This document shows positions 1 to 9,901 of a stretch of 64,000 nt of DNA, one piece after another. Source of the DNA: Armatimonadota bacterium (GTDB taxonomy: Bacteria > Armatimonadota > SYMT01); the NCBI GenBank assembly GCA_046292385.1, contig JBKBRF010000003.1:210231-274230 (forward strand), in the 5' to 3' direction. The first letter of the stretch is position 1; each line of letters starts with the position of its first letter. The notes below the pieces were generated by a model. That model had not been told where the DNA came from. It did not search any database and saw only the letters and a program-made list of their open reading frames with translations. A program made the position numbers and the translations under genes.

Positions 1-2
1 CG

Positions 3-2234
3 ATGCTGACCGGCGAGGCCGAGGCGGTCGCCAAGACCCCCGAGCCCGGCAGCCGGTCGATGTCGCTCCACCGGCAGCGGAGCCTGCTCTTCCACGGGAC
101 CGCGGTCATGGATGGGCGTGCCCGCGCGGTGGTGCTCGCCACCGGCTCCGATACGGAGCTGGGGCGCATCCAGGAGCTGGTCGGCCAGGCGGAGACGCCC
201 CGGACGGGGCTCCAGGAGGAGCTGGACCGGCTAGGAAAGAGCCTCGGCGTCGGCGCCGGCTCCGCCTGCGCCGGCCTCTTCGGCGTGGGGCTGCTCCGCC
301 GGCAGCCGTGGCTGGAGATGCTCCAGACGACCGCCTCGCTGGCGGTCTCGGCGGTGCCGGAAGGCCTTCCCGCCGTCGCCACCACCGGGCTCGCGGTTGG
401 GATGCAGCGAATGCTGGGCCACAACGTGATCATCCGGCGTCTCTCGGCGGTGGAGGCGCTCGGCAGCGTCACGATCCTCTGCGTCGACAAGACCGGGACG
501 CTCACCCTGAACCGGATGACCGCCTCTCGCTACTGGTGGGAAGGCCGGTCGTTCGAGTACGTGAACGGGGGCGAGCCCGGCAGCGGCGCCTTCTACCTGG
601 GGCAGGAGCCGATTCCGGAGGGGCGCTACCCCGCCCTGCGCGCCATGCTCCGGGTCGGCGCGCTCTGCAACGAGGCGAAGCTGCGGCGGACCGGAGGCGG
701 CGTGCAGATCAGCGGCAGCCCCACGGAAGGCGCGCTGCTCCTGGCGGCCCGCGCCGGAGGTCAGGAGTATGAGGAGCTGCGCCGGCGCCATCCGCTCCTG
801 CGGCTCCACCGCCGGGCCGAGCACCACCTCCGGATGGCGAGCGTCCATCGACACCCGGACGGCGGCCTGGAGATCGCCGCCAAGGGCGCGCCGGAGGCGG
901 TGCTGGAGCTCTGCACCCGGCGGCTGGACGAGCGCGGGGAAGCGGTCCCCCTGACGGAGGCGGACCGCCGGCGCTACCGGGCCGAGAACGAGCGGATGGC
1001 GGCGGAGGGATACCGCGTGCTCGCCTTCGCCGAAGGCCGCAAGCCGGACGAGTCGCTGGAGAACGGCCACCTGAGCGGGCTCACCTGGCTGGGACTGGTG
1101 GGGCTGGAGGACCCGACCCGCCCTGGGGTGGCCGCGGCGATCCGGAGGTGCCGGGAAGCCGGGGTGCGCACGGTCATTCTCACCGGAGACCAGCCCGGCA
1201 CGGCGCTGGCGGTCGCCCGCCGCCTGGGTCTCGCCGAGGAAGACGACGGGTGCGTCCTGGAAGCTTCCGACCTGGAAGGCATGCCGCCGGAGCGGATTGC
1301 CGCCGCGGTCGAGGGCGTCTCCGTTTTCGCGCGCGTCTCTCCGGAGCACAAGCTGCGCATCGTGCAGGCACTGCAGGGGGCCGGCCACGTCGTCGCGATG
1401 ACCGGGGACGGGGTGAACGACGGGCCGGCGCTGAAGGCGGCCGACATCGGCGTGGCGATGGGGGAGGGCAGCACCGACGTGGCCCGGGAGTTAGCGGACG
1501 TGGTGCTGACCCGCAACGACTTCGAGGCGCTCGTCGCGGCGGTGGAGCAGGGCCGCACGCTCTACCTGAACCTTCAGCGGGTCCTGCGCTTCCTGCTCGG
1601 CTCCAACCTCTCCGAGCTGGGGGTGGCGGCCGCCGCGCTGATCGCCGGGCTGCCGTTCCCGTTCCGCCCGCTGCAGCTCCTCTGGTTGAACCTGGTCACC
1701 GACGTCTTTCCCGCGCTCGCGCTGGTGCTGGAGCCGTCCGACGGCGAGGCGATGCGGCGTCCGCCGCGAAAGCCGGGCACCCCGCTCCTGGGGCGGCGGG
1801 AGTGGGTCCGCCTGGGAGTCGACGGCGGCCTGATGCTGCTCTCCACCTTCGGAGCCTACCTCTGGGCGCTGCGCCGCCACGGCCCGGGCGCCACCGCCGC
1901 GGCGGTAGCGCTCACCACGCTCGTCGTCGCGCAGGCGCTCTACGCGCTCGCCTGCGGCGGTACGCCGGAGAGGGCGCGGGCCGGACGGCACCTGACGCTC
2001 CTGGGGACCACCGCCGGGACGGTGGCGCTGCAGGTCGCGGTCCACCAACTCGGGCCGCTGCGCCGCCTGCTCGGCGTGGCGCCGCTCGCGCTGTCGGATT
2101 ACGCCGTGGTCCTGGCCGCCGCGGCGCCGGTCTCGCTGGCAGCGCTGGCACGGCCGGAGCGGCTCAGTCCGCGCCCTCGGCCGGCCCGGCGGACTCCGGG
2201 AGCGCCTCCTGGTCCCCGTCCGGATAGCGCGTGA
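3..2234 (+). CDS. Cation-transporting P-type ATPase (P-IIA/Ca2+-like), 5' truncated by window edge
   Basis: TGE (A domain) at the very start, AVPEGLP, DKTGTLT phosphorylation motif, KGAPE, TGDGVND, LWLNLVTD and C-terminal TM helices. Confidence 0.93.
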   Translation: MLTGEAEAVAKTPEPGSRSMSLHRQRSLLFHGTAVMDGRARAVVLATGSDTELGRIQELVGQAETPRTGLQEELDRLGKSLGVGAGSACAGLFGVGLLRRQPWLEMLQTTASLAVSAVPEGLPAVATTGLAVGMQRMLGHNVIIRRLSAVEALGSVTILCVDKTGTLTLNRMTASRYWWEGRSFEYVNGGEPGSGAFYLGQEPIPEGRYPALRAMLRVGALCNEAKLRRTGGGVQISGSPTEGALLLAARAGGQEYEELRRRHPLLRLHRRAEHHLRMASVHRHPDGGLEIAAKGAPEAVLELCTRRLDERGEAVPLTEADRRRYRAENERMAAEGYRVLAFAEGRKPDESLENGHLSGLTWLGLVGLEDPTRPGVAAAIRRCREAGVRTVILTGDQPGTALAVARRLGLAEEDDGCVLEASDLEGMPPERIAAAVEGVSVFARVSPEHKLRIVQALQGAGHVVAMTGDGVNDGPALKAADIGVAMGEGSTDVARELADVVLTRNDFEALVAAVEQGRTLYLNLQRVLRFLLGSNLSELGVAAAALIAGLPFPFRPLQLLWLNLVTDVFPALALVLEPSDGEAMRRPPRKPGTPLLGRREWVRLGVDGGLMLLSTFGAYLWALRRHGPGATAAAVALTTLVVAQALYALACGGTPERARAGRHLTLLGTTAGTVALQVAVHQLGPLRRLLGVAPLALSDYAVVLAAAAPVSLAALARPERLSPRPRPARRTPGAPPGPRPDSA

Positions 2235-2736
2235 TCGCCTGCAGCGAGTAGTAGAGCGCGGTGTACCAGGGGAGCGCCGGCAGGTACTGGGAAGTGGCGA
2301 TCTGGCGGATCGCGAGGAAGAGCAGTACCCAGGGCACCGTGGTCCGGAGGTCCAGCGCGCCTCCGGTCGCCCGGTAAACGGCCCGGTCCGCCTGGCGCCA
2401 CTGCCGCTTGACCCCGCGGATCATCAAGCCCCCGACCGGCACCGGAGCCCCCGCGTCGGGGGGAGCCATCGCGGTGGGCTCGTCCGTCCGGTCCACCAGC
2501 AGGCACCGCTGCGCCAGGGCGTTCCGGAACGCCTCCGGAGTCGTCTCCTCCAGCGCGTAATGGAAGACGACCGACTCCGTCGACGGCCGGACCTCGATCC
2601 GCTCCAGGCCCGGCAGGCCGGCGGCGAGCCGCTCCAGCTCCGCCGGCCGCCGCTCGTCAGCGCGGAGGCCGGGGCAGCGAGCCCGCAGGCGTCCCGGCAC
2701 CGCGTGTACCACTTCGAGGCGCAGGACGTCCGGCAT
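2164..2736 (-). CDS. HMA2-like domain protein with C-terminal membrane segment
   Basis: N-terminal VVHAVPGRLR...IEVRPSTESVVFHY typical of HMA2-type domains; C-terminal LDLRTTVPWVLLFLAI...PWYT. Confidence 0.75.
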   Translation of the reverse strand: MPDVLRLEVVHAVPGRLRARCPGLRADERRPAELERLAAGLPGLERIEVRPSTESVVFHYALEETTPEAFRNALAQRCLLVDRTDEPTAMAPPDAGAPVPVGGLMIRGVKRQWRQADRAVYRATGGALDLRTTVPWVLLFLAIRQIATSQYLPALPWYTALYYSLQAITRYPDGDQEALPESAGPAEGAD

Positions 2737-2802
2737 CGCCGCGAATCCCTTCTTCCACGTTCCCCACGGCTAGTGGTGTGTCCAGCTACTGCTGACGTGT
2801 GC

Positions 2803-2971
2803 GAGTGGGAGCAAGGGAGAGTGGGCGAGCCGCTCCCAAGCAGCTGTTCTCAGGTTGCAGGTTAACAGGTTGCAGGTTCCGAACCCCGCCTCCCGTGTTC
2901 CCTACCTGCAACCTGCCAACTTGCTAACCTGCAACTAACGTCTCCCACTCTCCCTTGCCATACTCGCCCAT
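2803..2971. repeat. Nested inverted short-repeat element
   Basis: 15-bp perfect IR gcaagggagagtggg (2811-2825) / cccactctcccttgc (2944-2958) enclosing caggttg / caacctg heptamer arms. Confidence 0.75.
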
Positions 2972-3021
2972 CAATCTCAGCTTGACGGAGTACTTGCCGG
3001 TGGGGCCCGGCTGCGAGCGGG

Positions 3022-3474
3022 TCACGCAGCCCGCTGATGGCGCGCCTTCGAGCCGTGCTTCTCCCCCTCCGCGCCCTCGGCTGCCTCCCCCTCCGGGGTG
3101 CCGGCGGCCGGCTCCTCCGCGGGACGAGCCGCCGCTGCTTTCGCGCCCTCGGCTTCCCCTTCGGCGCGAGCGGCTTCCCCTTCGGCGCCGGCGATGTTCT
3201 CCCCCGCCGGGGCGACGGTCATCATCTCCCCTTCCGGATGGGCGTACTCCGACTTCGCCTCGGCCACCAGGTCCTGGAACTGCTCTCCGGTCTCGGCGGC
3301 CCAGACCCGGGCGCGCTCCTGGAGCGCCAGGTAGCCCTTGATCGCTCCCTTCGCCGCCGGGCGGAGGCCCCGCGCCAGGGCCGGGAAGACCACCGGTGCG
3401 AGCACCACGGTGCCGATCGCCACCCCGATCCAGCCTTTGCCTTCCAGGCGTTCGCCGATATCTTCCAGCGCCAT
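3022..3474 (-). CDS. DUF5132-like small membrane protein
   Basis: GVAIGTVVLAPVVFPALARGLRPAAKGAIKG...ETGEQFQDLVAEAKSE pattern; ATG at 3474 with AGGAG-type RBS. Confidence 0.75.
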   Translation of the reverse strand: MALEDIGERLEGKGWIGVAIGTVVLAPVVFPALARGLRPAAKGAIKGYLALQERARVWAAETGEQFQDLVAEAKSEYAHPEGEMMTVAPAGENIAGAEGEAARAEGEAEGAKAAAARPAEEPAAGTPEGEAAEGAEGEKHGSKARHQRAA

Positions 3475-3671
3475 GATCTCTCTCCTCTGCGTCGCGGCCG
3501 CCGCTCCACACGCCTGCCCCGGGTGCTTCCGGGCCATTTCCGAGCGCCGGGGGAGCCTCACTCGGGGTCGGCCCATAGGGAGCAGTGTTCCCGCAGGGGC
3601 GGCGGCGAAACGAAAAAAGGCCCGCCGGCGCGGAGAGCACCAGCAGGCCTTGAGCGAGGATGGTAAGCCAG

Positions 3672-5030
3672 CTACACCAGTTCGGAGATCACCCGGCCTT
3701 CCGGAATGATCGGCATCGGACGGCCCTGGAGGTCCGGGAACTCGGTGTGCGGGTTCACCTCCAGCACCCGCAGCATGGTGGCGAGCACGTCCGTGGCGTG
3801 GTACGGCTGCGACTGCGGGTACTCGCCCTTGCTGTCGGAGGAGCCGACCGCCTGCCCCATCCGCAGGCCGCCGCCCGCCATCGCGACCGACATCACGTCG
3901 CCCCAGTGGTCGCGGCCCGGCTTTCCGGTCTGGCCGGGGACGCCCATCGTGTTCAACCGCGGGGTGCGGCCGAACTCGCCCATCACCACCACCAGCACGT
4001 GGTCCAGCATGCCGCGCTCGTCCAGGTCCCGCACCAGGCTGCCGACGGCGCGGTCCATCGCCTGGGCGGGGCCCTTCACCACCTCGGCGATGTTGTCGTG
4101 CATGTCCCAGCCGTCCATGTTGACGGTTACGAACGCCACGCCGCGCTCCACCAGCCGCCGCGCGAGCAGGCAGTAGCGGGACCAGCGGTGGTCGCCGTAC
4201 CGCTCCGCCACCTTCTCCGGCTCGGAGTCGAGGTCGAACGCGTCGCGGACCTCCGGGCTGAGCAGCGTGTGGAGCGCGAGCTGCGTGAAGTGGTCGGTCG
4301 CATTCACGCTCGGCACGTGCTCGAACGTGCGGCGGAGGGAGTCGACCTTCTCCAGCAGGCTCTGACGCCGGGTCAGGCGGTCGCGGTCGGCCGACTGCCG
4401 GAACAGGTTCGGCGTGCCGATCCGCTTGCCGCCGGTGGTGTCATCCGCCAGGAACGGGTTGTACTGGGCGCCCAGCCAGTTGGCGCCGTGGTAGCCCGGC
4501 GCCAGGCCGACGGAGTGCAGGTTGCTGAGCCCCACGTACGGCGGCATCCCCGGGCGGTTGGCGCCCCGGGCGCGGGCGACGGCGCTGGCGATGCCGGGCG
4601 CGCGGGGAGTGGTGTCTGCCCCGGTGGCGCCCCAGCGGCCGGTGAGCATCATGTGCGCGCCGGCGAAGTGGTCGCCATTGTTGTGATAGACGGAGCGGAC
4701 GAACGCCATCCGGTGGGCCATCTTCGCCTGCTCCGGCATCAGCTCGCAGAGGCGCAAGCCGGAGACGCTCGTCTCGATCGGCTTGTAAGCGCCGCGGTAC
4801 TCCTCCGGCGCGTCCGGCTTCGGGTCGTAGGTCTCGTGCTGCGGCGGGCCGCCGTCGAGCCAGACGAGGATGCAGGCGGTCTGCTTCTTCGGCGCGGCCT
4901 GCGCGCTCCGCAGTCGCAGCAGGTCCGCCAGCGTGAGCCCGGCGAAGCCGAGGAAGCCGGCCTGCAGGAAGCTGCGGCGCGGCATTCCCGCACAGTTCAC
5001 CCCATGGTCCCGAGCGCTCAAGCGCAGCAT
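3672..5030 (-). CDS. DUF1501 family protein (Tat-like N-terminus)
   Basis: RRSFLQAG, WLDGGPPQHETYDPKP, LLARRLVERGV, WDMH, GEFGRTP, GRDHW motifs. Confidence 0.9.
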   Translation of the reverse strand: MLRLSARDHGVNCAGMPRRSFLQAGFLGFAGLTLADLLRLRSAQAAPKKQTACILVWLDGGPPQHETYDPKPDAPEEYRGAYKPIETSVSGLRLCELMPEQAKMAHRMAFVRSVYHNNGDHFAGAHMMLTGRWGATGADTTPRAPGIASAVARARGANRPGMPPYVGLSNLHSVGLAPGYHGANWLGAQYNPFLADDTTGGKRIGTPNLFRQSADRDRLTRRQSLLEKVDSLRRTFEHVPSVNATDHFTQLALHTLLSPEVRDAFDLDSEPEKVAERYGDHRWSRYCLLARRLVERGVAFVTVNMDGWDMHDNIAEVVKGPAQAMDRAVGSLVRDLDERGMLDHVLVVVMGEFGRTPRLNTMGVPGQTGKPGRDHWGDVMSVAMAGGGLRMGQAVGSSDSKGEYPQSQPYHATDVLATMLRVLEVNPHTEFPDLQGRPMPIIPEGRVISELV

Positions 5031-5287
5031 GTCTGTTCGTTTCCTGGATGCGTTCCGGAGCGATTTCCTTAATGTGTCTCTCTGAGTGATGCGAACGCGC
5101 TAAGTTGCGCCTTTGCTCGATACTCGGTCGATCCACTGCGTGGTTTCTCTCCCATCGTCGTCCCCGCGGGTGGAGGAAGGGAAACGGGCGGGCTCCAACA
5201 ACTCCTGCGCGCCGGCCGGCGGGATCGCGGCGGCCCCGTGCCTGGCTTCCGAGCCGAGGCCGTTTCTTCCAGAGTAAAGAAAGTCCG

Positions 5288-6517
5288 ATGGCCGCTGAAG
5301 CAGTCGAGAGCCCACCCGTCCCCCAGCGTCCGCAGACGCGCCCCGGCTATTCGCTCCGGGAGCTCGTGCTCTATTTCCTCTACCTGGGAGCCGCCGGCTT
5401 CGGCGGCCCCGTGGCACTCGTCGGATACATGCACCGCGACCTCGTGGCCGCGCGCGGATGGATCACCGAAGAGGAGTACGACGAGGGCCTGGCGCTGGCG
5501 CAGCTCGCCCCGGGCCCCCTGGCGGCGCAGCTCGGAGTCTACCTCGGCTTCGTCCATTACGGCAGCCTCGGCGCCACGCTGGCCGGCATCGCGTTCGTGC
5601 TGCCGTCGTTCGCGATGGTGCTGGCGATCAGCGCCGCCTACGTCGCCTTCGGCGGCATCCCGTGGATGCAGGCGGTCTTCTACGGCGTCGGGGCGGCGGT
5701 CATCGGGATCATCGGGATCAGCGCCTATAAGCTAACGGGCCGCACGCTTAAGTCGGACTACCTTCTCTGGGCGATCTATCTCACGGCCCTGGTCACCACC
5801 GTCGTCACGGAGACGGAGAACGTGCTCCTCTTCCTCGGCGCGGGACTGCTGGCATGGCTGGTCAAGGCGCCGCCGCGCCGCAAAGTGCCTCCATCCCTCT
5901 GCTTGGGAGCGCCGCTGGCGGCACTGCTGCCCTCCGCGCCGGCGGTCGATGCCGGCCTGATGGTGCAGATGGCGCTCTTCTTCGGCAAGGCCGGGGCGTT
6001 CGTCTTCGGCAGCGGGCTGGCGATTGTCCCGTTCCTCTACGGCGGCTGTGTGCACGAGCTGAAGTGGCTCGACAACCGTCAGTTCCTGGACGCGGTGGCG
6101 GTGGCGATGATCACCCCGGGGCCGGTGGTGATTACCACCGGCTTTATCGGATACCTGGTGGCGGCGGGCCGGGCCGGCGGCTCGGCATTCGCCGGCCTCG
6201 CCGGAGCCTCGGTGGCCGCCCTGGCCACCTTCCTGCCGTGCTATCTCTTCACCATCATCCCCGCTCCGCACTTCAAGCGGTGGGGCAAGCATCCCAGCGT
6301 ACTGGCTTTCGTCAACGGCGTCACCGCGGCCGCTACCGGCGCGATCGCCGGCGCGGTCATCGTGCTGGCGAGACGCTCCCTGGTCGATCTACCTACGGTC
6401 GGGATCGCGGTGGCTACCGCCGTGGTCCTGGTGCGGTGGAAGAAGGCGCAGGAGCCGGTTATCATCCTCGCGGCGGCACTGCTCGGAATGGCGCTGCGGC
6501 TGTTCATCTCGGGTTGA
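5288..6517 (+). CDS. chrA: Chromate efflux transporter (long-chain CHR family)
   Basis: Two CHR repeats: GFGGP...AQLAPGP and FVFGSG...AMITPGP; start chosen at ATG 5288. Confidence 0.9.
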   Translation: MAAEAVESPPVPQRPQTRPGYSLRELVLYFLYLGAAGFGGPVALVGYMHRDLVAARGWITEEEYDEGLALAQLAPGPLAAQLGVYLGFVHYGSLGATLAGIAFVLPSFAMVLAISAAYVAFGGIPWMQAVFYGVGAAVIGIIGISAYKLTGRTLKSDYLLWAIYLTALVTTVVTETENVLLFLGAGLLAWLVKAPPRRKVPPSLCLGAPLAALLPSAPAVDAGLMVQMALFFGKAGAFVFGSGLAIVPFLYGGCVHELKWLDNRQFLDAVAVAMITPGPVVITTGFIGYLVAAGRAGGSAFAGLAGASVAALATFLPCYLFTIIPAPHFKRWGKHPSVLAFVNGVTAAATGAIAGAVIVLARRSLVDLPTVGIAVATAVVLVRWKKAQEPVIILAAALLGMALRLFISG

Positions 6518-6552
6518 GCCCCGGCGCTTCGCCCTCGCGTACCCTATCTCCC

Positions 6553-7989
6553 ATGGCTCAATCCCTCCTACCCCTGCTTACCGTCGGCACGGCCCTGCTC
6601 CTCGGAGCCCTCGCGCCACAGGCCGAGGCCGGCCGGCCCGCGCCTCCGGCGGAGCGGCAGCGGGTGCTGGTGCTCACCGATATCTCCAACGAGCCCGACG
6701 ACGAGGAGTCGCTGGTCCGCTTCCTCGTCTATTCGAACGAGTACGACGTGGAGGGACTGGTCGCCACCACCTCCACCTGGCTGCGGGAGCGCACGCGGGA
6801 GGACCTGATCCGCCGGCAGATCGACGCCTACGCACAGGTCCGGAGCCGTCTCCTCAAGCACGCGCCCGGCTTTCCGGAGGCGGACCGGCTCCGCGCCGTC
6901 ACCGCGACCGGCCAGGGCGGTTTCGGGATGGCGGCGGTGGGCGACGGGAAGTCGACCCCGGGCTCCCGCCGGATCCTGGAGGCGGCGGACCGAGCCGACC
7001 GCCGCCCGCTCTGGATCAGCGTCTGGGGCGGCGCGAACACGCTGGCGCAGGCGCTGTGGGACGCGCGGAAGTCGCGCTCCGCGGACGAGTTGAAGCGGCT
7101 CGTCGGCAAGCTCCGGGTCTACGCGATCTCGGACCAGGACGACGCCGGCCCCTGGCTGCGCCGGGAGTTCCCGGAGCTCTTCTACATCGCCAGCCCAAGC
7201 GACACCGGGCATCAGCACTACGCCCGCGCCACCTGGACCGGCATCAGCGGCGACCTCCACTACAAGAACGGCCCCGGCCACAAGATCGCGCTGGTGCAGC
7301 CCCCGTGGCTGGAGCAGCACGTGATCCGCGGCCACGGCCCCCTGGGAGCGCTCTACCCGAAGCCGACCGTCATCATGGAGGGCGACACCCCCTCGTTCCT
7401 CGGCCTGGTGAACAACGGCCTCGGCTGGCACGTGAGCCCCTCCTATGGCGGGTGGGGCGGCCGCTACGTCTTCGACACGTTCCCGGGCGAGACCCGGCCG
7501 CACTGGACCAACACCAACGGCGCAAGCCGCGACCGGGTGACGGCCGACGACGGCAAGAGCTACCTCTCCGACCAGGCGACGATCTGGCGCTGGCGCGAGC
7601 AGTACCAGCACGACTTCGCCGCGCGGATGGACTGGTGCGTCGCGGAGGAGTACGCGGAGGCCAACCACAACCCGGTCGCGGTGCTGAACGGCGACCGGAC
7701 CAAGCGGGTGCTGGAGCTGCGCGCCCGCTCCGGAGAGACGGTGCGGCTCTCCTCCCGCGGCTCCCGCGATCCGGATGGAAACCAGCTCCGCGCCGCCTGG
7801 CTCGTCTACCCGGAGGCGGGCAGCTACCGGGGAGAGGTCCCGCTCACGCAGACGGAAGGGGAGCGGACCGCCTTCACCGCGCCGAAGGTCGAGCGTCCGG
7901 AGACGATCCACGTGATCCTGCAGCTCCAGGACGACGGCGCTCCCCGCCTCTACAGCTACCGGCGCGCGGTGGTGACGGTGCGTCCGTAA
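6553..7989 (+). CDS. Secreted DUF1593 / nucleoside-hydrolase-like domain protein
   Basis: Signal peptide, VLTDISNEPDDEESLVRFLVYSN, WGGANTLAQAL, EGDTPSFL, DFAARMDW, ANHNP. Confidence 0.85.
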   Translation: MAQSLLPLLTVGTALLLGALAPQAEAGRPAPPAERQRVLVLTDISNEPDDEESLVRFLVYSNEYDVEGLVATTSTWLRERTREDLIRRQIDAYAQVRSRLLKHAPGFPEADRLRAVTATGQGGFGMAAVGDGKSTPGSRRILEAADRADRRPLWISVWGGANTLAQALWDARKSRSADELKRLVGKLRVYAISDQDDAGPWLRREFPELFYIASPSDTGHQHYARATWTGISGDLHYKNGPGHKIALVQPPWLEQHVIRGHGPLGALYPKPTVIMEGDTPSFLGLVNNGLGWHVSPSYGGWGGRYVFDTFPGETRPHWTNTNGASRDRVTADDGKSYLSDQATIWRWREQYQHDFAARMDWCVAEEYAEANHNPVAVLNGDRTKRVLELRARSGETVRLSSRGSRDPDGNQLRAAWLVYPEAGSYRGEVPLTQTEGERTAFTAPKVERPETIHVILQLQDDGAPRLYSYRRAVVTVRP

Positions 7990-8072
7990 CGGCGATCCGG
8001 CTTCCGGAGAAGGGATGACCCTGCCGGAGGGCAAAATTCTGGTGAGAACGATTGGAAGTAAGGAGGCCTCCC

Positions 8073-8657
8073 ATGCCGGTCAGATACTGGAAGCTCGCGG
8101 TGGCGTCGGCGCTGCTGCTCGGCGCGGCGCCGGGGCTGGGTGCGTGGGCGCAGGCGGTGCCCGCGGCGGCCCAGCAGGATGAGAAGCAGGACGACAAGCA
8201 GAGCGAGGCGGAGAAGAACCTGCTCCCGCTGGGGCAGGTGGCGCCGGACTTCACCCTGCCGCTGGTCGGCGGGGGAGAGGTGACCCTGGCCGACCTCCTC
8301 AAGTTCGGCAAGGCGACCCTCGTCGGCTTCTGGGGCATCGACGCGGAGGCGGGCGGCGAGGCGATCCTCAAGGCGCAAAAGGTCCACGAGGAGCTCTCCC
8401 AGAAGGGCCTGTCCACCATCACCGTCAACCCCCGCGACCGCGCCCGCGACATCGAGAAGTTCATCAAGTCGTCGAACCTGCACATCCAGGTGGCGATCGA
8501 CGGCAAAGAGACGAACAGCGCGGTCACCAGCGTCTTTAAGGCGCGCACGCTGCCCACGTTCTACCTGCTCGACCCCAGCGGCAAGGTGCTCTGGCGGAGC
8601 ATCGGCTTCAAAGAGCCGGGCCTCCGCGCCGCCCTGGAGAAGGCCGGCGTCAAGTAG
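8073..8657 (+). CDS. Secreted TlpA/redoxin-fold protein lacking cysteines
   Basis: Signal peptide, GQVAPDFTL, LVGFWG, PTFYLLDPSGKV; AGGAGG RBS. Confidence 0.8.
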   Translation: MPVRYWKLAVASALLLGAAPGLGAWAQAVPAAAQQDEKQDDKQSEAEKNLLPLGQVAPDFTLPLVGGGEVTLADLLKFGKATLVGFWGIDAEAGGEAILKAQKVHEELSQKGLSTITVNPRDRARDIEKFIKSSNLHIQVAIDGKETNSAVTSVFKARTLPTFYLLDPSGKVLWRSIGFKEPGLRAALEKAGVK

Positions 8658-8725
8658 AGGTGAAGCGGGCCGGGAAGGGTGTATCCTTCCCGGCTCTTCC
8701 GAGCGCGCAGTGGGGAGGGGCATCG

Positions 8726-9901
8726 ATGCGGATCTCACGCCGGTTCCTTCTGGCGGCGACGGCCGGCGCGTCACTCCCCGGGAGGGCGGAAGAGCGGCCG
8801 GACCGGTGGCGGGAGACGCTCGCCTTCCTGCAGGCGGAACGCGCGGCGGGAACGCTTCCGGGGGCCGCGCTGGTGGTGCGTCAGGACGGCCGGCCGGCGC
8901 TCGAGCGGTACGAGGGGACCTACTGCGGCCTCCGCCGCCGCGACGAGCCGCTGGACGGCAAGGTCCGCCACCCGCTCTATTCCTACTCCAAGCTGATCTC
9001 CGCCACGGTGGTGATGCTGGCGGTGCAGGACGGCCTGGTCGCCCTGGATACCCCGGTGAGCGCCTACCTCCCGCAGTTCACCGGCGGCGGGAAGGAGCGG
9101 ATCACGCTCCGCCACCTGTTGACCCATGCGGCCGGCATTCCCAACGTCACGATCGGCTCAGTCTCGACCGAAGCGGGCTGGGAAGCGGCGGTCGCGGCGC
9201 TTTGCGCGGCGAAGACCGAGTGGGAGCCGGGGTCGCGGACCGCCTACCATGGCCTGACGGGGCTGCTGGTGGCGGCAGAAGCGGTGCGGCGCAGGACGGG
9301 AGGGAAGCGCTGGGAAGCGCTCTGCCGGGAGCGTCTCTTCCGGCCGCTGGGGGCGAATTCGCTCACCTTCGAGATCCCGGAGAACGAGCCGGTCGCGCTC
9401 ACGCCCCAGCCCGCGGAGCTCCCGAAGACGCCGGCGGAGGCGTTTCCGCACGCGGGACAACCGGCGGGCGGCTGCTTCGGCACCGCTGCGGACGCCCTGA
9501 AGGTGCTCCAGCTTCACCTGGACGCAGGTCGCTGGCACGGCACGCGGCTGCTCTCCGAGCCGCTGGCGCGGGAGATGCGCCGGGTGCAGTATGCGCGGGA
9601 GATCGCCGCGGCGCGGGAGGCGGGGAAGGCTCCCGACCACGAGCCGTGGGGGCTCGGGCTCCTGCTGCGGGGGACCGGACCCGCCGCGGGTGGGCACGGC
9701 TGGTTCGGCCTCCGGGACCAGGGCTCCCCCAGCGTCTTCGGACACGCCGGCATCGATACGGTGATCGGGGTGGCGGACCCGGACCGGCGCAGCGCGCTCC
9801 TCTTTATCTCCACCGCCTCGCCCCCGTCGGCGGAGAAGACGGTCGCGCTCCGGAACGGCGTGGTAAACCGCGTCTTCTCCGCCGTCGATCAGCGCCGCTG
9901 A
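8726..9901 (+). CDS. Serine hydrolase, beta-lactamase class C-like family (Tat signal)
   Basis: SRRFL, SYSK (SxxK), LLTHAAG, EPGSRTAYH, FGHAG. Confidence 0.88.
   Translation: MRISRRFLLAATAGASLPGRAEERPDRWRETLAFLQAERAAGTLPGAALVVRQDGRPALERYEGTYCGLRRRDEPLDGKVRHPLYSYSKLISATVVMLAVQDGLVALDTPVSAYLPQFTGGGKERITLRHLLTHAAGIPNVTIGSVSTEAGWEAAVAALCAAKTEWEPGSRTAYHGLTGLLVAAEAVRRRTGGKRWEALCRERLFRPLGANSLTFEIPENEPVALTPQPAELPKTPAEAFPHAGQPAGGCFGTAADALKVLQLHLDAGRWHGTRLLSEPLAREMRRVQYAREIAAAREAGKAPDHEPWGLGLLLRGTGPAAGGHGWFGLRDQGSPSVFGHAGIDTVIGVADPDRRSALLFISTASPPSAEKTVALRNGVVNRVFSAVDQRR

Noticed and set aside
8328..8354. Selenocysteine recoding in the redoxin
   Set aside because: No in-frame TGA in the ORF.
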